Counted from the stretch's first letter, positions 1 to 10,453 are shown. The stretch is 64,000 nucleotides of DNA from Spirochaetia bacterium (GCA_963675665.1 OY776510.1:5086564-5150563), one strand, 5' to 3'. Made by a program: numbers and translations. The notes: generated by a model from the sequence alone, not told the origin.

Positions 1-198
1 CAGGCTGTTACCACAGACGGAGAACAATTTCTGTTTTTACTCAAAGGAGAAATTGATTTTGAATATGGACGTGAGACAATACATATCGGCGAAGGAGACG
101 CTTTGTTCTTCGACGGAAGAATTCCCCATCGGCCATTTTGCAGAAAGGGAAAAGAAGCGGTCCTCCTTGCACTGTATATTTTAAATAATAAAACTGAT
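1..198 (+). CDS. C-terminal cupin domain, probably of an XRE-cupin transcriptional regulator (5' partial)
   Basis: Frame 1 reads QAVTTDGEQFLFLLKGEIDFEYGRETIHIGEGDALFFDGRIPHRP...* with cupin motifs; stop TGA at 196-198; not in the ORF track. Confidence 0.7.
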
Positions 199-221
199 CA
201 ATAATATACAGCTATAAATTA

Positions 222-1247
222 TTACAAACATTCATAGGTAATAATATCAGGTTCAACATAATATTTTTCATTCACAGGTTTAATTTTTCTGAAAACAAAT
301 TTGAACAACAACTGAATTGCCATGGAACCCTGTCTCAAAGGGTTATGACATATGGAAAATTTCACAATTCCCTCTTCCATCAGTTTGATAACCGATGGAG
401 ACAATTCATGGCTTATTACCTGAACCTGAGAGTGCATTTCACTGCTCTTCAAGGCTTTGCCAAGGCCTTCGGCTCCGGTGCCTGTTATATATATCCCTTT
501 TAAATCAGGGTATTTTTTACAAATTTCAGAAACAAGTTTAAAAGAAAGCAAATCCTGCCCCAGGTTCTCTGCTGATTCAACAACTGTAATTGATGAGCCG
601 GAACTCCTTAACCTGCGAAAAAACCCCTCTTCCCTGTACTTTTGGCAGATAAATTCAGAAAAATCGGATATTATCGCAACCTTACTGTTCCGGGGAAGAA
701 TCAAATCAAACAAACCCGATGAAATTTCACCTGCCTTGCTGTCATCCTGTCCGACATGGCAGATCCGTCTGATGTTATCAAGGTCCTGGTAAAATGTTAT
801 AACCGGGATCCCGTTGGCCATTAATTCATTCAGTTTTTCTGCAACAGACTTTTCGAATACCTGAGCAATTGCAATGCCGTCGATACCCTGCTTTAACAAA
901 CAGTCAAGCTGTTTAAGTTGTTCAGAAGCATTAGAGGCAGTAGTAACTTCAATATTGAGTTCAATACCCCATGCACGCAGTTCTTCCACCTGAATAAAAA
1001 CTTCTCTGCGAACTTCCTCAATCGAAGTTTGAATATTCGGCGAGATCATAACACCGAAAAACAGATTCCTTTTCCGGCAGACAAGAGCCTGCCCTGCAAC
1101 ATTCGGCGTATAGTCCAGGGCCTTAATAATATTATTAACCCGTAAACGTACATCTTTGTTTACACCCGGCCTGTTATGAAGTACACGGTCAACAGTTCCG
1201 CGAGAGACTTCTGCTATTTCGGCAATTTCCTCCTGGGTAATCCTCAT
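222..1247 (-). CDS. LacI-family transcriptional regulator
   Basis: N-terminal HTH ITQEEIAEIAEVSRGTVDRVLHNR, hinge YTPN, C-terminal sugar-binding fold. Confidence 0.9.
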   Translation of the reverse strand: MRITQEEIAEIAEVSRGTVDRVLHNRPGVNKDVRLRVNNIIKALDYTPNVAGQALVCRKRNLFFGVMISPNIQTSIEEVRREVFIQVEELRAWGIELNIEVTTASNASEQLKQLDCLLKQGIDGIAIAQVFEKSVAEKLNELMANGIPVITFYQDLDNIRRICHVGQDDSKAGEISSGLFDLILPRNSKVAIISDFSEFICQKYREEGFFRRLRSSGSSITVVESAENLGQDLLSFKLVSEICKKYPDLKGIYITGTGAEGLGKALKSSEMHSQVQVISHELSPSVIKLMEEGIVKFSICHNPLRQGSMAIQLLFKFVFRKIKPVNEKYYVEPDIITYECL

Positions 1248-1293
1248 AACCAATCCAAAACCATTTTATACGGCCTGTTGCTGAAGTTCATCG

Positions 1294-2154
1294 CTATGTG
1301 AGAAGATTCTTTACAAATTTCAGCGACTGTTTTATCTGCAAATCATAATCATCAATCTGCATTATTTCGTGGTACAGGCTGACGGCGGATCCCACTTCTC
1401 CTCCCGGTTTAACAAACGGTTCCATTGAAATCGGGTTCTGATAATTTACCAGTTTCAGGGTCTCAAATATGGTTTTCCACGGCATACTGCCGAGCCCCGG
1501 GAAATTTCTGTTGTTTTCACCTATGTGAAAATATCTCAGCCTGTCCTTTGCCTTGAAAATCGGAGATACCATATTACTTTCCTCAATATTCATATGAAAA
1601 GTATCCAGATGAATACCAAGCTGCGGAGAGTCAACCTCGTCTAGATACTGCAGTGCTTCATCACAGGTGTTTATCAGAAAGTTCTCAAACCGGTTTACAA
1701 CTTCAACATTAAAATATACTCCCTCGTCGGCAAACGCCTTTGACGCTTCTTTCATCGCTTCAACGCTGTTTTTCCAGTAAACCTGCTTCTCGCTGTAATC
1801 GCTTATTTTACCGTTCCAGGAACCGTGAATTATTCCGCTGCAGTCGCTTGCACCGACCTTTCTCATTGCTACGGCCAAATCCGTCAGTATTTTTTTCCCT
1901 GCATTTCTTATTCCGGTATCCGGTGAACCTATATCCTCATTGGGAGCAAGCCCCAGACTCATAACAAGGTCAATTTCATTTTCCACTGCGAGATCCTTAA
2001 ACCTGAAAATATCATCATCGCTCATATTTAAAAGATAACCTGCCCCAAACTCAAGAACATCAAATCCCAGCTCTTTAACTTTAGGAATAAGTGAAAACTG
2101 CTCGTCATTCCAGTTTCTGACAAAACTTCCGTAGTGAATTCCAATTTTATTCAT
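1294..2154 (-). CDS. D-psicose/D-tagatose 3-epimerase family (ketose 3-epimerase)
   Basis: Catalytic and metal motifs EVVNRFE, HLDTFHMNIEE, HIGENNR, MEPF; GGAGGA SD upstream of ATG 2154. Confidence 0.85.
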   Translation of the reverse strand: MNKIGIHYGSFVRNWNDEQFSLIPKVKELGFDVLEFGAGYLLNMSDDDIFRFKDLAVENEIDLVMSLGLAPNEDIGSPDTGIRNAGKKILTDLAVAMRKVGASDCSGIIHGSWNGKISDYSEKQVYWKNSVEAMKEASKAFADEGVYFNVEVVNRFENFLINTCDEALQYLDEVDSPQLGIHLDTFHMNIEESNMVSPIFKAKDRLRYFHIGENNRNFPGLGSMPWKTIFETLKLVNYQNPISMEPFVKPGGEVGSAVSLYHEIMQIDDYDLQIKQSLKFVKNLLT

Positions 2155-2207
2155 TTTTATCATTCCTCCTTTTATCAAATATACCGAACTGTAAAAACCA
2201 CATGATT

Positions 2208-3680
2208 TTATAAGCCTAAATTCTCTTTATATCTAAAATACTTATCCTGATAAATTTTCGTATCCCTCCCGATATGCTCCAGCTTTTTAATTTCTGAAGA
2301 ACATTTACCTGCCGCATCATCCGTATCTTTAAAAATACCGCTGCCGATACCGGCAAGCATGGCAGCGCCGACGGAGGACCCTGAAGACATACAGATATAG
2401 CCGTCTTTGCCCAGAACACTTAAGAGGATTTTAACCCAAAGACTGTTTTTCACTCCGCCGCCTGTCAATTTTACACTTTCCAGCTTTTCGAACTCCGGGC
2501 CTATAACGGTTGCGGCATCTTTAATAGAAAAAGAAACCCCTTCCATCACTGCCCGCGCAAGATGCCCCCTGCCGTGACTGCCCATCAACCCGGTAAAGGA
2601 ACCCCGAAGACCGGGATCCCAGTACGGGGCGTCTTCACCCAGCAGATAAGGATAGAACAACAGGTCCTCAGCGCCTGCATTTACCTTGGAGGCTTCTTCA
2701 ATCATTTTTATATAGGCATCAACCGGTTCCGGATATTCCGAATAACAGCATTTTCTCAACCATTCAATAGAATAGGCACATGAACGGGTGTTCAAATCGA
2801 TCATCCATTTCCCTTTCTGGAAATATGCCCAGGTGTATGTTTTGGGATTAAGTATATTGTTATAATTGTTTGTTATTGATGAAACAGCAGCCGATGTTCC
2901 AAGCCTGATTTTACATTCACGCTCATCGAGAATTCCCAGCGCCAGCATTTCTGCCGTTCCGTCGCTACAGCCGGCAATTACGGGAAGGCCTTCAGGCAGG
3001 CCTGTTATTACTGCAGTTTCCCTGTTAAGGCGTCCCAAGACATTAAATGAATCAAGGATCTCCGGAAGAAGGTTTTCAGGAATACTGTATTCATCCAGGA
3101 TTGCCTTTTCCCAGTTTCCGTTTTTAAGGTTGTAATATGAAGAACCGGAAGCATCGCTGTGATCTGTTTTTATTTCATCTGTAAGAATGTAATTAATATA
3201 ATCTTTCGGATACAGGATTTTGTAAATCCTGTTCCATAGTTCGGACTGATGTTTTTTAAGCCACATCAATTTCGGCAGTGTGCACATCGTATTTATTGGA
3301 TTACAGGTCAATTCCAGTATCTGCTGATGATAGTGTTTTTTTATCAATTCCACTTCAGCGGAACACCTGATATCATTCCAGAGAATCGCATCGCAAAGCG
3401 GCGTTAATTCTTTATTCAGAAGGACAACGCCGCGCATCTGCCCGGCTACGGCAAGCGCTGCAATTTCCGCGGGAGGGATGTTCCGTGTGCCCGTAATATC
3501 TTTAAGACAGGTAAAAACCGCGTTTACCCAGTCCGCCAGAGGCTGTTCCATATATCCGGGTTTTCTGGACACCGGTGAATAGGCGCTGTATGTTTCATTT
3601 AAAACAACACCTTCCGTGTTAATCAAACTGCATTTACAGCCGCTGGTTCCCAGGTCCAGACCTATTAAATATTTTTCCAT
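2208..3680 (-). CDS. FGGY-family carbohydrate kinase (xylulokinase-like)
   Basis: GLDLGTSGCK, AGQMRG, ILWNDIR, TDHSDASGS, PYLLGE, LTGGG. Confidence 0.88.
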   Translation of the reverse strand: MEKYLIGLDLGTSGCKCSLINTEGVVLNETYSAYSPVSRKPGYMEQPLADWVNAVFTCLKDITGTRNIPPAEIAALAVAGQMRGVVLLNKELTPLCDAILWNDIRCSAEVELIKKHYHQQILELTCNPINTMCTLPKLMWLKKHQSELWNRIYKILYPKDYINYILTDEIKTDHSDASGSSYYNLKNGNWEKAILDEYSIPENLLPEILDSFNVLGRLNRETAVITGLPEGLPVIAGCSDGTAEMLALGILDERECKIRLGTSAAVSSITNNYNNILNPKTYTWAYFQKGKWMIDLNTRSCAYSIEWLRKCCYSEYPEPVDAYIKMIEEASKVNAGAEDLLFYPYLLGEDAPYWDPGLRGSFTGLMGSHGRGHLARAVMEGVSFSIKDAATVIGPEFEKLESVKLTGGGVKNSLWVKILLSVLGKDGYICMSSGSSVGAAMLAGIGSGIFKDTDDAAGKCSSEIKKLEHIGRDTKIYQDKYFRYKENLGL

Positions 3681-3773
3681 ATCCTGTTCCGAGTATTTTT
3701 TCTGTGTCTTGAGCACTAAACTTCTAAACCTGATACTGCACTTTTCTCATTTATTTATGCAAAATAAATATTA

Positions 3774-4778
3774 TCAGACTGAATTTCTTTGTATCAGTTC
3801 GTCAGTCAGCTGCAGATGCGTAACTTCTGCAGGCTCATCAGAATTAATTGATTTCATTAAAAGCTCAACAGCTCTTTGCCCCATTTCCTGGGTAGATTCC
3901 GAAACTACTGTCAGCGGAGGGTCACACAAACTGCTCCATACAGAATCATCAAACCCGATCATTCTAACCTGATCAGGGATCCTGATCCCGCGCTCTTTCA
4001 GGACCTGCAATGCTATTGCGGTTTTCCCCTGGCTGGCTGCAATCAGACCGTCAAACTCTTTGCCGGAATCTATAAAATCGTTAAGAGCGATTACACAATG
4101 CTCCGTATCATGTTCATGAATTTTTATACAAAGATGTTCGTCAATTTCGGAATCAACAAGAGCCTGATCATAACCTTTTTTCTTTTCGAGGTTTGTCAGC
4201 ATGCGCTCATCGTAACCGAAATAGATAATCTTTCCGGAACCTTTATCCACTAACATTTTGGTAGCTTCATATGCCGCTCCGTAACTGTCGGACACAACCG
4301 AACTTATGTCCAGTCCGTCAATTCGCCGGTTGACCTGCACAACGGGCAGGCCCTGTCCTTTCACTCTCAGCAGCATTTCGGCATTTTGCGAACTGCATGG
4401 CGCAATCAGCAGTCCGCTGAATCTTTTTGCCAGCAGCATATTAATAAGTTTCAGCTCAATTTCCGGGTTCTCTTCACTTGAAGAAATTATTAAATCGTAA
4501 TCATTTTCCTGACAATATGAGTTTATAACCTTTATCAGGGGAGTAAAAAACTTGGACATTACGGGTATTATCAGGCCTATTGCTTTTGAATCCTGGGTTT
4601 TAAGCGCCCTGGCGAGAGGGTCCGGAATGTAATTCAAGTCGTCAATTGCTTTCTGGATCTTTTCAGACAACTCAGGCGACACATACCTTGTTTTATTCAG
4701 GTAAGCAGAGACTGTCGCCCTGGAGACTCCTGCAAGCGTTGCAACATCTTTACTTGAAGCCTTTTTAAGATTTTCCAT
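3774..4778 (-). CDS. LacI-family transcriptional regulator
   Basis: KDVATLAGVSRATVSAYLN HTH; IPDQVRMIGFDD; PPLTVV. Confidence 0.92.
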   Translation of the reverse strand: MENLKKASSKDVATLAGVSRATVSAYLNKTRYVSPELSEKIQKAIDDLNYIPDPLARALKTQDSKAIGLIIPVMSKFFTPLIKVINSYCQENDYDLIISSSEENPEIELKLINMLLAKRFSGLLIAPCSSQNAEMLLRVKGQGLPVVQVNRRIDGLDISSVVSDSYGAAYEATKMLVDKGSGKIIYFGYDERMLTNLEKKKGYDQALVDSEIDEHLCIKIHEHDTEHCVIALNDFIDSGKEFDGLIAASQGKTAIALQVLKERGIRIPDQVRMIGFDDSVWSSLCDPPLTVVSESTQEMGQRAVELLMKSINSDEPAEVTHLQLTDELIQRNSV

Positions 4779-4810
4779 ATCCTTCCCCTTGTACCGATTC
4801 AAATTAAAAT

Positions 4811-5635
4811 TCAGCCCTTAATCGCTCCCATTGTCAAACCCCGAACTATATATTTCTGCGTAAGAGAAATAAACAGCACCGCAGGAATAATTGCTATTAC
4901 CGACGAAGAACTTAATCTTGCCCAATCAAGTTGATAATATCCTAAAGAATTATATATTTCCACAGGTAAAGTGCGGGTCACCCTTCCTGTATTATAGAGC
5001 GCAAAAATGAATTCGTTCCATACCGAAATAAAGCCCAAAGTAGCCGATGCAAATATTCCGGGTCTTATTGCGGGTATAATTATCAACAGGAAGGATTTCC
5101 ACCGGCTGCATCCGTCGACCATCGCCGCTTCTTCCAGTTCTACAGGAACATCCTGAAAAAAGCTTCGCATCATCCAGACTATTAATGGTGTAGCAAGAAC
5201 AGCGTACATCAGTATCATGGATATATACGAATCCTGTAAACCAATCTTTCTCCACAGCAGAAAATACGGTATTACAAAAACAATCGGCGGAACCAATCTG
5301 AGATATAAAACAGAATAGGAAATCATCCGGTTTCCTTTAAAACGGAACCTTGCAAATGCGTATCCTGCAAAAACTCCTATTATAGTGGACAGCAACGTGG
5401 ATAACCCTGCTATAACGACGCTGTTAACAAGAGCTTTCAGAAACCTTGAGTCCAGAAGCAAATGAAGATAATTATCGAATGTGGGTTTGAATTTCCAAAC
5501 CGGAGGAGAAACGACTGACAGGTTAGTCGGTTTAATTGAGGTCAGTAACAACAATATAAACGGAATAAGTTCTATTGCAATAATCAGTATTAAAACGGCT
5601 TTCTTTCCGGTAATAATCAGTTTTCTTTTGTTCAC
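4811..5635 (-). CDS. Carbohydrate ABC transporter permease (MalG-like)
   Basis: EAA loop PVELEEAAMVDGCS, WNEF, C-terminal GLTMGAIKG. Confidence 0.92.
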   Translation of the reverse strand: MNKRKLIITGKKAVLILIIAIELIPFILLLLTSIKPTNLSVVSPPVWKFKPTFDNYLHLLLDSRFLKALVNSVVIAGLSTLLSTIIGVFAGYAFARFRFKGNRMISYSVLYLRLVPPIVFVIPYFLLWRKIGLQDSYISMILMYAVLATPLIVWMMRSFFQDVPVELEEAAMVDGCSRWKSFLLIIIPAIRPGIFASATLGFISVWNEFIFALYNTGRVTRTLPVEIYNSLGYYQLDWARLSSSSVIAIIPAVLFISLTQKYIVRGLTMGAIKG

Positions 5636-5648
5636 TTTTCCTCAACTC

Positions 5649-6542
5649 CTAGTTATCAAGTTTTTTCATAAATAGAGATACAAGAAAGATTATAAGGATT
5701 AAAAACAAAAACGTTGCAGCGCAGGCATACCCCATATGATAATAAACAAAAGCCTGTGTGGAAGCGAACAGAGAGATATTTTCCGTAACATGACCGGGAC
5801 CGCCGTTGGTTACTACATAAATCTCGTCAAACATTTTCAAGGCATCCATAAATCTGAGAATAAACCCGATAACGGCAACAGGTTTGATAATTGGTATAAT
5901 TATTGAAAAAACCTTTTGCCTCCAGTTTACACCGTCTATTGCTGAAGCATCAAACACGGAATTATCTATGCTGGATATTCCCGCATAAAAGATGATAACA
6001 ATAAACGGTGTTCTAAGTATAACTTCCATTACCAGTAATGCAACAGGGGCGGCTACTGCGCCTTTAAAAATCATAAATCCTTCCAACCCGAACAATTGAA
6101 GAAACCAGTTCAGATAACCGAATGTCTGGTCATAAATCAGGGTTTTAAACGCATAGGAAATTGCTACAGGCGGTACAACAAATGAAACAAGCAGCAAAGT
6201 TCTTATTACAGAAGAGAATCCATGTGAAATATCCTTATCGCTCAATAAAAACGCAACAATAAATCCTACTATTATCTCAAGCGATGTTGCGACAAACGCA
6301 AACAGAAACGTAAAAATCAACGCATGTATAAATCTGCTGTCGTTCGTAAGCAGGTTAATATAATTCTGAAGACCGATATATTTTGCAGGGGGATCTATCA
6401 ATTCATATTCCTGCAATGAAATAATAAAAGAATAGATAACCGGGACAATTCCAAGCAGAATAATCAGGGCAACCGCCGGGAGAATTAATAAATAAGGCAA
6501 TCTGTAATCATTCTTGCTTTTAGCAACTAATGTAAGCTCCAT
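5649..6542 (-). CDS. Carbohydrate ABC transporter permease (MalF-like)
   Basis: IGLQNY, DASAIDG loop, FDEIYVVTNGGPG. Confidence 0.92.
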   Translation of the reverse strand: MELTLVAKSKNDYRLPYLLILPAVALIILLGIVPVIYSFIISLQEYELIDPPAKYIGLQNYINLLTNDSRFIHALIFTFLFAFVATSLEIIVGFIVAFLLSDKDISHGFSSVIRTLLLVSFVVPPVAISYAFKTLIYDQTFGYLNWFLQLFGLEGFMIFKGAVAAPVALLVMEVILRTPFIVIIFYAGISSIDNSVFDASAIDGVNWRQKVFSIIIPIIKPVAVIGFILRFMDALKMFDEIYVVTNGGPGHVTENISLFASTQAFVYYHMGYACAATFLFLILIIFLVSLFMKKLDN

Positions 6543-6558
6543 ATTTCCCTCTTAATAG

Positions 6559-6589
6559 AAAAGCAGGGAGGCTTACGCCTCCCTTTTCA
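6559..6589 (-). terminator. Stem-loop between the SBP and permease genes (terminator or mRNA stabiliser)
   Basis: GGGAGGC-TTAC-GCCTCCC hairpin flanked by AAAAG/CTTTT. Confidence 0.55.
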
Positions 6590-6590
6590 C

Positions 6591-7955
6591 TTATTTTGCA
6601 GGCGTAAAGCCGATTCCCATTAAGGATTTATCAGCATCAGCAGCCGCTTCATCTACAGTTTTGATACCGGCAATGATATTACTCATTTCGGTAGAAACTA
6701 TATCAGCTGTTTCTCCATATTTTGCATCTACAAGTATATGATCGGGTTCAATACCCATAATCATCATCTTTTGTTGTGCATCAATAAATTCAGCGCTCGG
6801 CATTGCTTTAACATAGTCTGCAGTCTTGTAAACGGAACTTCTTGCCGGGCAGCCGTACTGAGGCGCAATTTTATTCATCAGAGTCGGGGATGTAGCCCAC
6901 TGTATGAACAGCCATGCAGCGCCTTTGTTCCTTGAATCTTCATTCATACCCCAGCCCCAAACCCAGAGCGGGTCCTTTCCGCCTTCAGCCATCGGAGGCA
7001 TAGCATATCCGACCTTGCCGGCAACCTTGGATTCTGCTTCATCTTCAAGAAAGGCATAGGATGCATTTCCGCCTGTTGTCATGGCGATCATTTCGGTTTT
7101 AAATGCCTGGGCAATTTCCGGCCAGGACCAGTTTCCTGACCCCGGAGGCGCATAATCAAGAACCAGGGAAGTATAATAATCAAGAACATTCTTGGCAGCC
7201 GGAGTACTTACATTGCTTATCATATTCTCAAAATCAAAGAAAGGAACTCCAAACCTGTAACCCGTACAAAAAAGGTTCCATCCGCTTTCTCCGCCGCCGG
7301 GCATCTGGCGTTCGATCCATGCGTATTCCTTGATTTTACCGTCCAGCCTGGCTTTATCCAGCTTCGCTGCGGTTTCCCTCAGCTCTACAAAATTGGTAGG
7401 AACTGATAACCCGAGTTTGTCAAAGATGTCTTTACGGTACCAGAGTAGAAAATATTCCGCCGTATATGGTATAAAAACCAGTCCGGAATCTATTTCCCCG
7501 GAAGCAAGAACATCGGCAGGATAGTCGTCGATATTGTACCATTCGGCATCGGTAAGCTTCGAATCATTAATAAATTTTGATAGATCGGCAAGATATCCGC
7601 CCTGTACAAATTCACCTTTGTTTGAGAAACCTACATTGCTTACATCATATTCACCTGTTCCGGAGTTGAAATCCACAACCTGCTTCTTCTTTCTGTCTGT
7701 ATCTGAAAGAAGTTCATAATTAACCTTGATTCCAGTGAGAGTCTCAAACTCTTTAAGCTGCTCAACATAAATTTCCGACACAGCCATGGAAGTCATAAGC
7801 ACGCTGATGCTTTCTCCTTCAAACTGACGCCAGTCTATACTTCCCCAATCGCCTTCAACAGCCGGGGCTTCGACACTTTCCTGTGCTCCGCCTGCTGTCG
7901 CAACCATCGGCAATAACAGCAGCAGAAAACACGCCAAAATCAGACCTTTTTTCAT
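6591..7955 (-). CDS. Sugar ABC transporter substrate-binding protein
   Basis: Spirochaete-type signal (ATAGGAQE), LWYRKDIFDKLG, AWLFIQWATS; GAGGAGG SD. Confidence 0.9.
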   Translation of the reverse strand: MKKGLILACFLLLLLPMVATAGGAQESVEAPAVEGDWGSIDWRQFEGESISVLMTSMAVSEIYVEQLKEFETLTGIKVNYELLSDTDRKKKQVVDFNSGTGEYDVSNVGFSNKGEFVQGGYLADLSKFINDSKLTDAEWYNIDDYPADVLASGEIDSGLVFIPYTAEYFLLWYRKDIFDKLGLSVPTNFVELRETAAKLDKARLDGKIKEYAWIERQMPGGGESGWNLFCTGYRFGVPFFDFENMISNVSTPAAKNVLDYYTSLVLDYAPPGSGNWSWPEIAQAFKTEMIAMTTGGNASYAFLEDEAESKVAGKVGYAMPPMAEGGKDPLWVWGWGMNEDSRNKGAAWLFIQWATSPTLMNKIAPQYGCPARSSVYKTADYVKAMPSAEFIDAQQKMMIMGIEPDHILVDAKYGETADIVSTEMSNIIAGIKTVDEAAADADKSLMGIGFTPAK

Positions 7956-8105
7956 TTTGTCCTCCTCAAATATTAAACCCTATCAACGATAGGGGGTTAA
8001 ACACAACTTGTCAAACGTTTCTGTATTTAGAAGAAACATATACAGAATGACTTCTGTTCAATCAGGTTTATTTAATATCTTTATATTAAATGCCCGTTTT
8101 TGACT

Positions 8106-8169
8106 AGACACGTGTAGCTACTCGTGTAGCTACACGTGTATTATAAAACCATCACTCATAATCTGTCAA
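8106..8169 (-). promoter_or_regulatory. Sigma70 promoter with three tandem CTACACGTGTAG-type operators
   Basis: Minus strand TTGACA(8169-8164)-N18-TATAAT(8145-8140), followed by three 12-bp palindromic units at 8106-8141. Confidence 0.75.
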
Positions 8170-8244
8170 GATATATCTTTTAGTATTTATTTCATTTCAT
8201 CTTTTATATTTGATTTATTCCGGCTTTGCATAATTTCCAGCTTG

Positions 8245-9624
8245 TTATCGATTCCTCTCGCGCAACTTTCTCTCAATATCCGCATGCACTTTCGCATCTA
8301 TCGGGAATTTTTGAACAACGACTATACCGGCTGCAATAAAACCAAAGGGTATCCAGGTCTGCAACAGCCGGATTGCATTTACAGCTTCAGGGATCTGGTT
8401 CATATTGGCAATGTAACCGGCTTTTGAGAGAACAGTCCCTACCAGAAATCCCGCAAATGCCGATCCAAGCTTAAAAACAAAGTAGAAAATGCCATAAAGC
8501 AGGCCTTCATTTCTTATCCCGGTATCAAGTTCCGAATATTCGACCGTGTCGGGAAGGATAGACCATGGTGAAAGCCAGTTGGTAGAGAGGCCCATCCCGC
8601 AGATAAAAAGAAACAGAAATATTGCCGGAATTTCGGTACCAAACAGGCTCAGTTCCTTTTCACCGAAAAAATAGATAAGGGCAAGCCCAGCGGCCACAAT
8701 TCCCATTCCGATATTATATGTGAATTTCTTACTTGTCTTTTTTGAAATTCTTACGTACATCGGAATGAAGGCTGCAGCGGTAACAAAAACAAACAAGAAT
8801 CCGACAGATGTCATAGCCTCATTTACAATAACATATTTAAAATAATAACTGATAATGACTGCAAGTATACTCATTGCAACAATATGCAGGGCTGTTCCCG
8901 CAGTTATAATAATAAACGGTTTGTTCCTGAGAACAGCCAGCAACTTCGGTTTGAAGGCAGTTTTCTCTCTGTTTACAGAAACGGTCTTCTCTTTGACGGC
9001 AATAAAACTGACCAGTGTTACAACAGTTACAATGACACCGTAAATCAACCCTATATATCTGAATGCCAGGATCTGGTTGCCGGAGACAAGACTGCCCAGA
9101 GATAAAGTAGCGCCCGCTGCAAGCAGTGTTCCAAGAATCCCGAATATAACCCGGTAGCCTGTTATAACAGCCCGTTCATGTGAATCTTTCGTCATTGCGG
9201 GAGTCAGCGCCAGGTATGGAACGTTAACCACTGTAATTGCCGTACAGAATAATATAAATGTTACGATTCCGTAGATGAACTTTGTTTCGCCCGGAATATC
9301 AGGGCCGAAAAATAACAGAAAAATGGTAATTCCAAGCGGAACCGCCCCGAAAAGCAGATAAGGCCGTTTCTGTCCCCACCTTGTATCGGTCCTGTCAACC
9401 AGGAAACCCATAACCGGGTCAGATACGGCATCCCAGATTTTCGCACAAAGAATTATCACTCCTGCAAGAGCAGGCAGTATTCCGAACACATCCGTAAAAA
9501 AGAACAGAAGATAGAAACTGGTCACCTGAAAAGCAAGGTTCGCCCCGAAATCGCCTATTGCATAACCGAATTTCGTCTTCAGATTTACTTTATCGGTTCC
9601 TGTTGGTTTTGATATGGAATTCAT
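8245..9624 (-). CDS. MFS glycoside-pentoside-hexuronide (GPH):cation symporter
   Basis: KFGYAIGDFG, WDAVSDPVMG..VDRTDTRWG.KRPY, NVPY.AL, PDTVEY. Confidence 0.92.
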   Translation of the reverse strand: MNSISKPTGTDKVNLKTKFGYAIGDFGANLAFQVTSFYLLFFFTDVFGILPALAGVIILCAKIWDAVSDPVMGFLVDRTDTRWGQKRPYLLFGAVPLGITIFLLFFGPDIPGETKFIYGIVTFILFCTAITVVNVPYLALTPAMTKDSHERAVITGYRVIFGILGTLLAAGATLSLGSLVSGNQILAFRYIGLIYGVIVTVVTLVSFIAVKEKTVSVNREKTAFKPKLLAVLRNKPFIIITAGTALHIVAMSILAVIISYYFKYVIVNEAMTSVGFLFVFVTAAAFIPMYVRISKKTSKKFTYNIGMGIVAAGLALIYFFGEKELSLFGTEIPAIFLFLFICGMGLSTNWLSPWSILPDTVEYSELDTGIRNEGLLYGIFYFVFKLGSAFAGFLVGTVLSKAGYIANMNQIPEAVNAIRLLQTWIPFGFIAAGIVVVQKFPIDAKVHADIERKLRERNR

Positions 9625-9627
9625 CTT

Positions 9628-10257
9628 TTATACCCACCCGAGAATTGAGGCAAAAACGATATGACATACAACTGCGGCTGAAAGCCCTGCTGCAGCGTAG
9701 ATTTTCTTCCTCCTGATGGAAAATCCGTCATGCATTCTTGCCAGCATAAAATACGGAACGGACCACCAGACAACCATGAAATAGATATTCGGCCAGCTCC
9801 AGAATTTATACTGCCACACAAGGATTCCCGAAAAGTTCAGCATTATTTCGATAAAAACAGCAAAAATACTCCACAAGAAAGGAATGACAATACGGTTTGA
9901 TATTCCAAAGATCTTCAAGCTTCGGTCTTCAGGCAGACTTTTTACAACAATCAATCCGCCCAGCGCTGCCAATACAAATATTTCAAAATTCCAACCGGCG
10001 TAAATGACGAATGCCGATCTGCCCGGAGTAGTCCACAGTGCTGAAAATTGCGTAAAATGCAGAACCAGGGCATTTACAATCTCGAGTATCCAGCCGCTTG
10101 CAAGCGAGTACAGGCCTATGAATACAGCGCTGAAGTTCTTTCTGCCTGTTTCCGAAACATAAATATAAATTATAAGAATCAGGAACGGAATAATATACCA
10201 TTGCAAATTATCAAAATTTCTCAGATTCGACAGCATTTCAATACTTGCGTTTGACAT
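9628..10257 (-). CDS. Uncharacterised integral membrane protein
   Basis: 209 aa with about 6 hydrophobic segments; SD GGGAG; 3 bp before the MFS gene. Confidence 0.75.
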   Translation of the reverse strand: MSNASIEMLSNLRNFDNLQWYIIPFLILIIYIYVSETGRKNFSAVFIGLYSLASGWILEIVNALVLHFTQFSALWTTPGRSAFVIYAGWNFEIFVLAALGGLIVVKSLPEDRSLKIFGISNRIVIPFLWSIFAVFIEIMLNFSGILVWQYKFWSWPNIYFMVVWWSVPYFMLARMHDGFSIRRKKIYAAAGLSAAVVCHIVFASILGWV

Positions 10258-10289
10258 TACTCTACTCCCTTTTTTGTTATCTTATCCCG

Positions 10290-10346
10290 CTACACGTGTA
10301 GGTTACACGTGTTACCCATAATAACACCGGTGTTTTTTTTTGTCAA
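10290..10346 (-). promoter_or_regulatory. Sigma70 promoter with two CTACACGTGTAG-type operators
   Basis: TTGACA(10346-10341)-N17-TATTAT(10323-10318); CTACACGTGTAG at 10290-10301 and TTACACGTGTTA at 10303-10314. Confidence 0.7.
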
Positions 10347-10453
10347 TTTATTATTTAATGCGTACGGATTGTAAGATATCAGGAATATCCGACAATATGG
10401 TTTTTAAAAAAGGAAAACCCGGACAAACAAAAAAATTGCCCGGGTTTCATTTA

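Noticed and set aside
8106-8141. Tandem palindromes as a mini-CRISPR or REP
   Set aside because: 12-bp units with no spacers and no cas genes; the position fits operators
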